Sequence record: PV764603.1
Length of the DNA stretch: 64,000 nt
Strand: one strand, 5' to 3'
Shown: positions 9,824-20,652 of the stretch, piece by piece
Position numbering within the stretch: position 1 is the stretch's first letter
Layout: each line of letters begins with the position of its first letter
Notes under the pieces: model-generated
Databases searched by the model: none
What the model was told of the DNA's origin: nothing
The model's input: only the letters and a program-made list of their open reading frames with translations
Position numbers and translations under genes: made by a program

Positions 9824-10155
9824 CTGCGGAAGTCCCTTGTCCAACCACCCACGATGGATTCGCCCGTGTATTCAGCGAGTTCATGCACGAAAGCCTCAAA
9901 CACTACCTTCGGGAAGTCGCATTTCCTGCCGCCAATTTCAGTATGCGCAACCGTGTGTTTGCCAACGAGCATGACGCCCTTGGCAACTCCGCGAATCTAC
10001 AACGAACATTGATTCAGACAGTGACCTACGAGTGCCCATCCCTATCGGCCTCAACAGTCATCTACGAATTGGTCCTTACTCCCACTGGCAAGAAGACGGG
10101 ATGGAAAGGATGGTTGCATGATCGCACACATAAAGGAGAAACGGTAGCCGCATAA
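9793..10155 (+). CDS. Hypothetical protein (start uncertain)
   Basis: Co-oriented ORF filling the gap between the HigA-like gene and the nuclease. Confidence 0.45.
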   Translation: MRFRRHQDRLTAEVPCPTTHDGFARVFSEFMHESLKHYLREVAFPAANFSMRNRVFANEHDALGNSANLQRTLIQTVTYECPSLSASTVIYELVLTPTGKKTGWKGWLHDRTHKGETVAA

Positions 10156-10189
10156 CTCCAGACAGGATTGTCGCTAACCGGTACCCATA

Positions 10190-11185
10190 ATGAAAAAATT
10201 CACCGCACCTCCTGACAATACTTGGGTGCAGCGACAGTTGTTCTCTTGGTGGAAGGAAGCAATCGACCACGGTGGCATGGACCCCGTGGATCAATCACGT
10301 AACGAATTCCTGCGACCTTCCGCCCTCCCTTTCTGTCCCCTCAAAGTCGGCTACAATCGTGTGGTCAATGGCGTGGAGACAGAGCGTTACTCCAGCTTCA
10401 ACGAAAGCTTCTACACCTCCATCGGTACAGCGGTTCACGAACTCTTGCAGAATTTCGTGGGCCGTTTGGCCGTTTCCAAAGGCGTAGAACTCAAGGTCGA
10501 GACACTAGGCCATTGGCACTGCAAGGCATGCGGTCGGAAGCGTAGATTCACCATCTACAAGCCATGCAAGTGCGGAGGCACGCCCGAGTACGAGGAAATC
10601 TCTATCCACTGGCGTACCACCGTTGGCCACATCGACAAGGTGATCCGGGTGGGCAACTGCCTCTTCATTCTTGACTACAAGACCACGGGCTCTATGGCGA
10701 TACGCAAGCATCGCGCTGGCGCTCCTGCTGGTGAGCCTTACTTCCCATACCCAGCCAACCGCGCGCAGATCATGCGTTACGTCGGTCTGTTTGAAAAGGT
10801 GTTCGCCAAGGAGTTTGAACCCGGCGGTCGCTTTGAAGGCACTACGGTCATGGGCGCAATCTTGGCTTACGTGAGCCGCGAGACTGTCCGTGACGTGGCG
10901 TTCGTGTACTTGCCCGCTACGCGTAAGCGCAAGAAGAAGGAATATCGGAAGGCAGTGCGCGACGATGCACTGTTCGTCACGATGAAGGAAGCTGTAGCCA
11001 AGCGTTCCAAGAAACTCTTCATCGAGTTGATCGAGGAAAAGCCCTGCGCTGATCGGGATGACTACGATCAGAAGATGCACAGCAGATACGATGAGTGTCC
11101 GTTAGTCAACGTATGCTTTAGACGCCGACAATTGCTCAAACAAATCGACAAGGCCCTAAAGGGTCAGATCAAACCCAAGGACTAA
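10190..11185 (+). CDS. Cas4-like / PD-(D/E)XK exonuclease
   Basis: RPSALPFCP, IGTAVHE, GHID...ILDYKT, QIMRY, C-terminal C...CPLVNVC (Fe-S-type), plus an inserted CKAC...CKC zinc ribbon. Confidence 0.8.
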   Translation: MKKFTAPPDNTWVQRQLFSWWKEAIDHGGMDPVDQSRNEFLRPSALPFCPLKVGYNRVVNGVETERYSSFNESFYTSIGTAVHELLQNFVGRLAVSKGVELKVETLGHWHCKACGRKRRFTIYKPCKCGGTPEYEEISIHWRTTVGHIDKVIRVGNCLFILDYKTTGSMAIRKHRAGAPAGEPYFPYPANRAQIMRYVGLFEKVFAKEFEPGGRFEGTTVMGAILAYVSRETVRDVAFVYLPATRKRKKKEYRKAVRDDALFVTMKEAVAKRSKKLFIELIEEKPCADRDDYDQKMHSRYDECPLVNVCFRRRQLLKQIDKALKGQIKPKD

Positions 11186-11187
11186 CA

Positions 11188-11775
11188 GTGACTAATCCCA
11201 TCCGCATCGCACTCTGCGGCTTGCCGCACTCGGGCAAGGATACCAGCGCAGATATTCTCGTTGATCGCTTCGACTTTGTACGCCTTCGGTTCGCTACTCC
11301 AGTCAAGATGGCTGCCGCAGAAATGTTCGGATGGGATGCTAACGATGAGGAGGACAAGGACAGTCCTCTGATCCGTAACATCGCAGGGGACTACCTGAGC
11401 AAGCGCGACATTTGGCGCGATATGGCGGAGAACTACATCAAGCCACGTTTCGGGCAGGACTTCTTTGCGCGCGCCCTGACTAAGGAAGCATCGGTCCACT
11501 ATCACTCTGACAACATCGTAGTGACGGACCTGCGCTTCCCCATCGAGGCTATGGTGTTGCGACGTGCTGGCTTTACCGTCATCGAAGTGCAGCGCGAAGA
11601 CCAGCCCATTGTGGACGGCCTCCACAATCATCGGGTCGAAATCCAAGACCTTAGCAACTACATCGACTACCAAATTTCCGCACCCTCGGGCTTGCCTCTG
11701 GAGAACCTCCAAGACAAGTTGGGGCAGGCGTTGCAGGGAATCCTCGTAAAGATCAATCCTGTAAATAAACGCTGA
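11188..11775 (+). CDS. Deoxynucleoside monophosphate kinase (T4 gp1-like)
   Basis: P-loop IALCGLPHSGKDT, FATPVK, VVTDLRFPIE. Confidence 0.85.
   Translation: MTNPIRIALCGLPHSGKDTSADILVDRFDFVRLRFATPVKMAAAEMFGWDANDEEDKDSPLIRNIAGDYLSKRDIWRDMAENYIKPRFGQDFFARALTKEASVHYHSDNIVVTDLRFPIEAMVLRRAGFTVIEVQREDQPIVDGLHNHRVEIQDLSNYIDYQISAPSGLPLENLQDKLGQALQGILVKINPVNKR
11756..11767 (+). promoter_or_regulatory. ATCCTGTAAATA promoter-like motif
   Basis: Exact motif copy at the end of the kinase gene, 37 nt upstream of the next start. Confidence 0.6.
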
Positions 11776-11803
11776 GTATTGAAACGTCCCGCTGGAGACA
11801 TTT

Positions 11804-12748
11804 GTGCATCAAGGTGATTTTCTGATTATCAAAAACGGGCGCAAAAATGCGCTCGTCAAGATCGTCTCTATCCCGAATGAAGGCGAGTTGGTCGTCCGTC
11901 GAGAAGAGAGCAAGGTTGAAGGTCGTCGGATCACAGAAACGGTGTCCACTGAATCTGTAATTCTCAACCTCGGTCAAAACCCACAGCCGGGATTAGTGTA
12001 CGGCTGCAAGATCGAACCCTACGTTAGCTCCGCCGAGATTGACGGATGGGGCCATATCCATTACTACCGCGACCTAGAGCGTGACGAAAAGAAGACGATC
12101 AAACGGGCAGCTGCGAAGTCGTGGAAGCACCTAAAGAAGTTGGGGTTGGTTGCGTTCGCACCCCTGACCATTGAAGTGCGATTGGCGAAGGGTAGCGAAA
12201 TCGGCTACTACAAGATTCACAAGGCACAGGAAACTGACGTGCTGTGCCTCAAGCCCCGTGAGTTCCACTACGATGAACTGGTCCGTCTGTTCTACCATGA
12301 GGCAGGCCACGGCATCCTTGATCGCATGATGCCTGTCGAGTATCGCGCTCGCTGGATCAAGGCGTACACCCACTACACCACGTTGAGCAAATTGGACCCT
12401 GACGAAATCCGTGCCATTCGGGCGCTGGTGGAAGGGACAGGATCGCTCAATGGTGTTGACGGTGTGGACCCTGAGAAGCTCGACCTCTGCATCGACTCGA
12501 TTCATTCCAACTACGGCCTCAAGAAGCGTGACATTGAGGAACTGCTGGAACAGGGATACACACTTGAGGATTACTGGCCGACGCACCCGCTGGACCTAGC
12601 GGACAACGAAGTGCCCCTCACTGATTACGCCAACAAGAACTGGAACGAATTCTTCTGCGAAGCTCTGGCGATGCACATGACGGGCATCCAACTTCCCAAG
12701 CGCATTCGGACCCTCCTACTCAAAACCATTGAAGCTACCAAGGAGTAA
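11804..12748 (+). CDS. Zincin-like metallopeptidase domain protein
   Basis: HEAGH (HEXXH) and downstream YANKNWNEFFCEA typical of zincin MPTase domains; beta-rich N-terminus. Confidence 0.65.
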   Translation: MHQGDFLIIKNGRKNALVKIVSIPNEGELVVRREESKVEGRRITETVSTESVILNLGQNPQPGLVYGCKIEPYVSSAEIDGWGHIHYYRDLERDEKKTIKRAAAKSWKHLKKLGLVAFAPLTIEVRLAKGSEIGYYKIHKAQETDVLCLKPREFHYDELVRLFYHEAGHGILDRMMPVEYRARWIKAYTHYTTLSKLDPDEIRAIRALVEGTGSLNGVDGVDPEKLDLCIDSIHSNYGLKKRDIEELLEQGYTLEDYWPTHPLDLADNEVPLTDYANKNWNEFFCEALAMHMTGIQLPKRIRTLLLKTIEATKE

Positions 12749-12752
12749 CGCC

Positions 12753-12968
12753 ATGAACGGGCAACAGTCAAAGCCTGTCGCAACTGCGCTGGACGTGCAT
12801 CACACTGTCAACGCCAAGCTGACTACCACTGCGGAACCGGGTACCATTATTTGGAGTCCGAGGGAAGTCACCCTGAGCCCTACGTTACAGCGTCAGATGG
12901 ACAACGCCATTGTGCGCTATCATCAGCTTCCTGAGTGGTACCGACAGGCCGCTGAGAAGAAGGATTGA
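12753..12968 (+). CDS. Hypothetical protein
   Basis: AGGAG RBS, ATG 12753. Confidence 0.55.
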   Translation: MNGQQSKPVATALDVHHTVNAKLTTTAEPGTIIWSPREVTLSPTLQRQMDNAIVRYHQLPEWYRQAAEKKD

Positions 12969-12970
12969 GA

Positions 12971-14677
12971 ATGAGCAAGAAGAAAACGGGAGGGGCACCG
13001 TGGGGAGGGTGGACTCCCGCCTCTGACTTCCGAAGCGGAGCCAGCTACAACTTTGTTCCTGCGGCAAGTGAGTATTCAAAGCGCGGAGGCGTGCATATCT
13101 ATGTGCGCTATGGTCGAGGTCCGAGCCACGTAACTGTGGTGGATCATGATAGCGACTTCATGCGTATCAAGTGTCCTGACCGGGAACTGCTGATCGTAGC
13201 CAATGGTCAGCGTGCCCATATCTACCGGCCCATGCAGGGCACCTACGACGAGTTCTACAACTTCTCGCCGTTCTGGGAACATTCGTCCGCCGACCTTGAA
13301 TATGGTTGCGTGATGACGAACTACACCAGCTACATCGGTAAGGAGAAACGCTCTTCGGGCATCCGTCGCAAGGACTTCCGCTACGGGATCGACCAGCATA
13401 CCAAGATCATCGCAGACTCCGGTGGCTTCCAGTTGGTCAAGGGTACGGTGGACTACATCGACCCGAAGGAACTGGTCACGTGGTACAACGACAATGTGGA
13501 TTGGGGCATGGTGCTGGATACGCCGCTGGCGTCCAACGGCCTTGAAATCTACACTCGGTCCGCCAAGGTGCAGGCTGAGAACACACGCATCATGATGGAC
13601 AACAAGCGGCCGGGTCTGGAACTGCTGAACATCATCCACGGTGCGGTCGGCAAGGAAATGGACACCTTCCGCAAGATCGTTGAACGCCCTGACATTGATC
13701 GCCTTGCAGTCGGTGGTATCTACTTCGGTTCCATCCTGTCGAGTATCGACCGCCTGTGCGCCATCATGACAGGTGGGCAGCGATACAAGCACTATCACGC
13801 GCTGGGTATCGCCAACATCACGCAGACGATTCCCTTGATGCGTTTGAGTGGTAGCGACATTGCGCCCCTCATCACCTCGGATAGTAGCTCGCACCTACAG
13901 GCAGCTAATGGGCGCAAGTATTACAAGCCCAACGGCACCGAAGCGCTGCCGGAAGTGCTGTTCTACGCTGACGCGGGTGGCTACCATCCGGGCGGCAACC
14001 AGCTGCTCAACTGCACCTGCCCTATCTGCTCAGTGGTGAAGTACACCGACGTTCTAAGCATGGTCAATAGCAACACGATCACGCTGCTGCTGGTGTACCA
14101 CAATCTGTTCTCGATCCAAATGTTCCAGAAGTCCCTGTACGATCGGGTGGCGGGTGTGCCTGTCGGCGAAGCAAAGGATGCTTTGCGCACCTTGTTCGGT
14201 AACTCCAAGGCCAAGCGCAAGCAGCTGCAAGAGTTCTTCCACACGTTGGACTTTGTTGATATGGTCAAGACCTCGGGCTTGGCTGATGCGCGAAAGGAAT
14301 TCGCGTTCTACTTGCCGAAGACGGACAGTGACACAGGTGCTACCAAGACTCTGTTCTCGGGCATCGAAATGGAAGAGACGGCTGATCCCACCCGAGACTT
14401 GGCGATCCTCAAGAAGTATGAAGACGCCCAGGCTGGTAGGCTCAAGTTGTCCTCTACCCCTGAACGCAAGCCTGCCCCACCGAAGAAAAAGAAGGTGAAG
14501 CTGGAAGCTGAGGAAGGCGCGGCTCCTGAGCCCGAGGTTGTCGAACCTGTCAAGTTGGACAAGGCAGGCCGCAAGAAGAAGAACATCGCCAGCGCGACCA
14601 AGATCGGTAACAAGGCGATGGGTGTGACTCGAAGCAAACGCCCCGGTAAGCAGAAGGTCAAGAAGAAAAAGAAGTGA
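12971..14677 (+). CDS. dpdA: TGT-fold transglycosylase, DpdA/arcTGT-like (putative DNA 7-deazaguanine insertase)
   Basis: IADSGGFQ, MVLDTP, IIHG, LAVGG, HYHALG, TSDSSSH, zinc site CTCPIC...HNL. QueD is encoded nearby. N-terminal extension and Lys-rich C-terminal tail. The dpdA symbol is an inference from context. Confidence 0.8.
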   Translation: MSKKKTGGAPWGGWTPASDFRSGASYNFVPAASEYSKRGGVHIYVRYGRGPSHVTVVDHDSDFMRIKCPDRELLIVANGQRAHIYRPMQGTYDEFYNFSPFWEHSSADLEYGCVMTNYTSYIGKEKRSSGIRRKDFRYGIDQHTKIIADSGGFQLVKGTVDYIDPKELVTWYNDNVDWGMVLDTPLASNGLEIYTRSAKVQAENTRIMMDNKRPGLELLNIIHGAVGKEMDTFRKIVERPDIDRLAVGGIYFGSILSSIDRLCAIMTGGQRYKHYHALGIANITQTIPLMRLSGSDIAPLITSDSSSHLQAANGRKYYKPNGTEALPEVLFYADAGGYHPGGNQLLNCTCPICSVVKYTDVLSMVNSNTITLLLVYHNLFSIQMFQKSLYDRVAGVPVGEAKDALRTLFGNSKAKRKQLQEFFHTLDFVDMVKTSGLADARKEFAFYLPKTDSDTGATKTLFSGIEMEETADPTRDLAILKKYEDAQAGRLKLSSTPERKPAPPKKKKVKLEAEEGAAPEPEVVEPVKLDKAGRKKKNIASATKIGNKAMGVTRSKRPGKQKVKKKKK

Positions 14678-15078
14678 AGACCATCACAGACTTGATGGCG
14701 CTTTGCCCGAAGGTTCAGTACGAGAAGGCACGAGAGACTCGCATCTTGAATGCCAGCGCCGGACTGAGCCGTTCGGGCCTTCGCACCATCAGAGCCGTAG
14801 TACAGCGCGTCAGCGACAAGGGCGCGCATGACAAGCATCGGGTAGAGATTCAGTGCGTAGAGCCTGACACTCTACTCGGTGAGGGCTACGTAAAGGTGTG
14901 GTGTGACTGCGGATTCCAAGTCTTCTACGGACAGGAAGTGCTGCTGACTAAGCAGGGTGCCAGTAGCATTCGGTACTCTGACGGCAGCATGCCTAACATT
15001 CGCAATCCGGGCGGAGTCATGATGCTCTGCCACCACACTCTGCGCATCGCCTTAGCAATACGATCCAAGAAGCTATGA
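14674..15078 (+). CDS. SWIM-type zinc finger protein
   Basis: VWCDC...LCHH (CxC-xn-CxH); GTGA overlap. Confidence 0.65.
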   Translation: MKTITDLMALCPKVQYEKARETRILNASAGLSRSGLRTIRAVVQRVSDKGAHDKHRVEIQCVEPDTLLGEGYVKVWCDCGFQVFYGQEVLLTKQGASSIRYSDGSMPNIRNPGGVMMLCHHTLRIALAIRSKKL

Positions 15079-16091
15079 GTCGCAACTCTGCATCTATCCA
15101 AGCTACAAAGACAGTCAAGGAAACGATGCAGGGACGCTGGAATGATAGTCAGATGATGACTGCATTGGACCAGCTTCTCATGCTGGCCGTGGAGCCTATC
15201 ATCAGGCACACGGAGTTCTTTGATAGAAACATGCCAGCGATGCTTTGCTGGTACGCAACAAACACAGGACGCAAGATTAGTTCGGTTGACAAGCCCAAGG
15301 TTCTGCACCTCATGAACCTGTACTTGTTGGCCGACAAGGCTCAGGATAAGGTGCGCTTGGTGCGCCGAATGAAGCTGGAGAGAAACATCCTCTTCTTCAT
15401 CATCAAGCGCTTCTGCACGTTGGCCAAGGACTATCCGAAATTGGAGGTGCTTTACGCTCAGAAGCGCCTGCCGTCGCGTCGGATAGCTATGGAGAGAATT
15501 GAGCAGCTAGTCGGTGCGGGTAAGAACCTAGGTCGCGTGCTTCAACGCGTCAAGTCATGGGAAACCGAAGCTACCAAATTCAGGAATCAGATTCTTGAAC
15601 GGTTCATGCGGCACGCCATGATGCAAGCGGTGAAGTTCAACCGGGAGAATCCACGCACTGACCTTGAAGACGTAACGCAAAACTTTGTGCTGGCGGTGAA
15701 CAAAGCGGTGAACAAGATGAACCCCGATAAGGGAACGCTCGCTCCTTATACTCAGAACTGGATCACGAATGCCAAGCATTCGCCTACACAGTCTCATGAG
15801 TACGGGATCGCATACTCCCTGTCTCCGCATGCAAAGCGGGCTGTGGCTAGGGGCGATCTACAACTGGTGAATATTTCTTCGGACTTTGAGACTGAGGAAG
15901 TGTTCAACCAACCGGATAGCACAGATGAGTTTGAGAAACTCACCGAGGAAGATCGGGCACAGCGGGTACGCCTGCTGGCAAAGATTGCTGACCCGGATGG
16001 TTTTGCGCGCCAAGAGTTGGGCATTGAGGAACTGCTGCTTCCGCATGAAGTGGTACGCATCGACGCCAAACGACATTCTTGTAAACAATAA
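15075..16091 (+). CDS. Phage RNA polymerase sigma factor (sigma70 region 2-like)
   Basis: DLEDVTQNFVLAVNKAVNKMNPDKGTLAPYTQNWI aligns with sigma region 2 (DLIQEG.IGL.KAV.KFDP.KG..FSTYA.WWI). Confidence 0.75.
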   Translation: MSRNSASIQATKTVKETMQGRWNDSQMMTALDQLLMLAVEPIIRHTEFFDRNMPAMLCWYATNTGRKISSVDKPKVLHLMNLYLLADKAQDKVRLVRRMKLERNILFFIIKRFCTLAKDYPKLEVLYAQKRLPSRRIAMERIEQLVGAGKNLGRVLQRVKSWETEATKFRNQILERFMRHAMMQAVKFNRENPRTDLEDVTQNFVLAVNKAVNKMNPDKGTLAPYTQNWITNAKHSPTQSHEYGIAYSLSPHAKRAVARGDLQLVNISSDFETEEVFNQPDSTDEFEKLTEEDRAQRVRLLAKIADPDGFARQELGIEELLLPHEVVRIDAKRHSCKQ

Positions 16092-16114
16092 GTGATTCAA
16101 CAGGAGACCCAACT

Positions 16115-17685
<1,571 letters not shown>

Positions 17686-17792
17686 CCTCGGCAGTCCCTG
17701 ATTGGCCTAAAAACACAGGAAAATCCTTGCCTCAAAACGCCCAAAAGTCGGTAGGATTAGGGGTTTTGAGGCATCCTGGGACCATCAGATTT

Positions 17793-17828
17793 GGGAGGAC
17801 GTGCTACCCCACGTCCTCCCTTATTTTT
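17793..17828 (+). terminator. Intrinsic terminator between SSB-like gene and recA
   Basis: 11-bp stem gggaggacgtg/cacgtcctccc followed by ttattttt. Confidence 0.85.
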
Positions 17829-17851
17829 CGGTATTTTCGACGGAATCCAGT

Positions 17852-19321
17852 ATGGCAAAGAAGGCTGTCAAGCCTGCAAAGAAATCGGTAAAGAAGGGAG
17901 CGGCCAAGGCTGCCTCCAAGAAGAAGGAAGCCCCAGCTAAACTCAAGGCTTCTGCACCTGCGGTAAAGGTTTGGCGTCCTAACTACGACGACGTTATCAC
18001 GGTCGTGGAAAAGAAGTCCAAGCTGTCTAGCAACATGCAGAATCGTTTCGACTACGCCATGCACTCGGGACTGCTCTGTCAGGACATGCTGCTGGGTGGT
18101 GGCTACGTGTATGGTGCAATGGTAACGAACGTCGGTGGTGAACAGTCTGCCAAGTCCACCAACTGCTCTAACTTCCTCGCCACCTTGCTCGACCTGCCGG
18201 AAGAAGAACAGCCCGGTCTGATTGTGTCTGCCGACCCCGAGGGTTCGACCGATGCAGTCTACATGAGCAACATGATGAAGAATCGAATTCCGGTAGAGGA
18301 AATCTTTGGCCAGCGCGCCAAGGACGGGTCGTGGGCTGTACGTCCTCGCATCCGCTACTACCCGGAAGAGCGCGGTGAACTACTGCTCAATGCACTGGCG
18401 ATGATCCTGCGTCGTCTGCCGGACATGGAGTTGATGGATCAGCAGTGGTACTACGTGTACGAGAACACCAAGGAGAACCGTAGGATCGTTGGTGATCGGT
18501 ACAACAAGAGTTTCTTCTCCAAGCACAACAAGTTCTACGTACAGGCACCGAACAACGCACCGCAGTGCGTGATCGTGTTGGATAGCTGGGTTAGCTTGGT
18601 CCCTGAGAACATGGACGATGATGATCCGGCAGCGGGCCTCGCAGCGGTTGCACGTCTGCTGGCCGCTAACCTGTCGAAGATCAAGGGTAAGCTGCGTCGT
18701 AAGAACGCGATCCTAATGGGTGTGAACCAGCTTCGTGAGAAGCCGATGGCGCAGGGTGATCCCCGCTATGAACCCGGTGGTCAGGCGCTGCGCTTCCAGT
18801 CGGACATTCGTATCTGGCAAACGCCGCGTGCTCTTAGCACCCCGCAGATCGGCCTGAGTGGTGCGAGCGGTCCTGTGCATGAAGAGACTTCGATCACTGG
18901 CGAAGGTACTGACAAGTATCGGTACATCCACATGGTTGCGAAGAAGAACAAGCTGGCCGTTCCGGGCCATGAGTGCTTCGCTCGCATTTGGGTGGCTGAC
19001 GAAGACGGTATCGCGCATGGCTTCTGTCCCGCGTTCGACGTGTGGTACTTCCTCAAGATGACGGGCCAGTTGTCCGGCAGCCAGAAGAAGTTCTCGGTCA
19101 AATTGAACAAGGGTCAAGAGTTCAAGGCCAACATGGTTGACCTCAAGAAGATGATCCTGCTCAAGGGCGCCGAGCGCAAGGAACACTTCCGTAAGATGAA
19201 GCTCAAGCCGTTCGACATAAAGGCGTTCTGCCTCAAGCAGATCAAGTCGGGCAAGGCTAAGGAACTCATGTACCAGCATTCCAAGGCGGGTGCCGCTGAG
19301 GAACAGGAGGACGAGGAATAA
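17852..19321 (+). CDS. recA: RecA/UvsX-like recombinase
   Basis: Variant Walker A GGEQSAKST, VIVLDSWVSL, A..AR, NQLREK, EPGGQALRFQSDIRI. Start at ATG 17852; Lys/Ala-rich N-terminal tail. Confidence 0.9.
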   Translation: MAKKAVKPAKKSVKKGAAKAASKKKEAPAKLKASAPAVKVWRPNYDDVITVVEKKSKLSSNMQNRFDYAMHSGLLCQDMLLGGGYVYGAMVTNVGGEQSAKSTNCSNFLATLLDLPEEEQPGLIVSADPEGSTDAVYMSNMMKNRIPVEEIFGQRAKDGSWAVRPRIRYYPEERGELLLNALAMILRRLPDMELMDQQWYYVYENTKENRRIVGDRYNKSFFSKHNKFYVQAPNNAPQCVIVLDSWVSLVPENMDDDDPAAGLAAVARLLAANLSKIKGKLRRKNAILMGVNQLREKPMAQGDPRYEPGGQALRFQSDIRIWQTPRALSTPQIGLSGASGPVHEETSITGEGTDKYRYIHMVAKKNKLAVPGHECFARIWVADEDGIAHGFCPAFDVWYFLKMTGQLSGSQKKFSVKLNKGQEFKANMVDLKKMILLKGAERKEHFRKMKLKPFDIKAFCLKQIKSGKAKELMYQHSKAGAAEEQEDEE

Positions 19322-19638
19322 TGATGCAACAGGCTATCGACAAACTGCGTGGAAGGTTCGGGCAGCCTGACGGTAGCCTGTCCATCACAGTGAGCACTAA
19401 GCACAAGTCCGAAGCAGAAGTGCTGACGCTGAACCTCACTGTCACGTACCTCTATTCACAGATCGGGAACACTATCGTGCTCGACCCCATCAACGCGACA
19501 AGCCTAAGCGCGTTCCTGCGCCGACAGCTTGAACCGAAGATCATCAAGGCATTCGCCAAGGTGAGTGAGTCTAAGGCACGATTGGTTCCCGGCTCTGACC
19601 TGAAACACCTAAACCGCATTCAATTGATGGAGAAGTGA
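19321..19638 (+). CDS. Hypothetical protein
   Basis: TAATG overlap with recA. Confidence 0.6.
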   Translation: MMQQAIDKLRGRFGQPDGSLSITVSTKHKSEAEVLTLNLTVTYLYSQIGNTIVLDPINATSLSAFLRRQLEPKIIKAFAKVSESKARLVPGSDLKHLNRIQLMEK

Positions 19639-20099
19639 GCGTGTACCGTAGCACGAAAACATGGGGCCATGAACGAGGCTTTAGCTGTGCCTTCCGACAG
19701 TGGCGTGCTCACGACAGCCATTGCCGATTGGTTCACGGGTACGCCCTTGGCTTCAAGTTTGTCTTCGAGACAGACCAGCTGGACGAACGCAATTGGGTAG
19801 TGGACTTCGGGGGCCTTGACGACCTCAAGCAAATCCTCGCGGACAACTTCGACCACACAACCATCATCGCCGAAGACGACCCGGAACTGGAATGGTTCAG
19901 GGAAGCAGACCGCCGTGGTGTCCTGCGCCTTGTCGTATTCCCATACGCGGGTTGCGAGCGCTTCGCCGAAATGGTGTACGCTGTGACCGAACAGTGGCTA
20001 AAGGATGCAGGGTTCAGTCCTCGCTGCCGGTTGGTATCGGTAGAAGTAAGTGAGCACGGCGCAAACTCTGCGATCTATCATGGCAGTAGTCAAAGCTAA
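19635..20099 (+). CDS. queD: 6-carboxy-5,6,7,8-tetrahydropterin synthase (QueD/PTPS)
   Basis: SCAFRQWRA..SHCRLVHGY, NWVVDFGGL, FDH, GCERFAE, V.EHGANSA.Y. Confidence 0.9.
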   Translation: MSVYRSTKTWGHERGFSCAFRQWRAHDSHCRLVHGYALGFKFVFETDQLDERNWVVDFGGLDDLKQILADNFDHTTIIAEDDPELEWFREADRRGVLRLVVFPYAGCERFAEMVYAVTEQWLKDAGFSPRCRLVSVEVSEHGANSAIYHGSSQS

Positions 20100-20610
20100 C
20101 AGTCGGGTGACTGTGCGGGAGAAGCTGTACCGTGCAGCCATCGGGCACATGGTCAAAAGAGGATGGGCCGTCCATCGGGAGTTTGGTCTAAATGGTAGGG
20201 CGCGGCGAGGTGGACAGGGCCACTACCGCGCGGACCTATTCTGCAACACCTTGAAAGGCAAGTACGCCGCAATCGAGATAAAGTCCAGCGTCAGCGATCT
20301 ACGTGCTGACAAGAAGCTGCACAACTATTGTGGATACTGCCATCGTCTGTGGATCGTAACCACGGAAACGGTGTGGAAGAAAATGAAGGACAAGTATCCG
20401 TTTCCCGAAGGCTGTGGCGTATTGGTCCTGTCAATGAAGACAGGGTTGCTGCGCTCAGTTAGGCGGACTAAAGAGTACGATCTAGGCGATGACGTATGGC
20501 GTTCCATTGCTATGCGCCTGTCATATCGTACAGCGGAATTCAGCAGACGCAACACGGTTCGACGCCGAGTATACCTAACAGAAGCGGAAGAGAAGGCGTC
20601 GGGTACTTAG
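20080..20610 (+). CDS. mmcB: MmcB-family PD-(D/E)XK endonuclease
   Basis: RADLF...IEIKSSVSDLRADKKLHNYCGYCHRLW matches the MmcB (DUF1052) pattern; overlaps the end of queD. Confidence 0.75.
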   Translation: MAVVKANSRVTVREKLYRAAIGHMVKRGWAVHREFGLNGRARRGGQGHYRADLFCNTLKGKYAAIEIKSSVSDLRADKKLHNYCGYCHRLWIVTTETVWKKMKDKYPFPEGCGVLVLSMKTGLLRSVRRTKEYDLGDDVWRSIAMRLSYRTAEFSRRNTVRRRVYLTEAEEKASGT

Positions 20611-20652
20611 TGTATTGACGAGAGTGTTATGCACTCGCTATCGGAGAAACTC

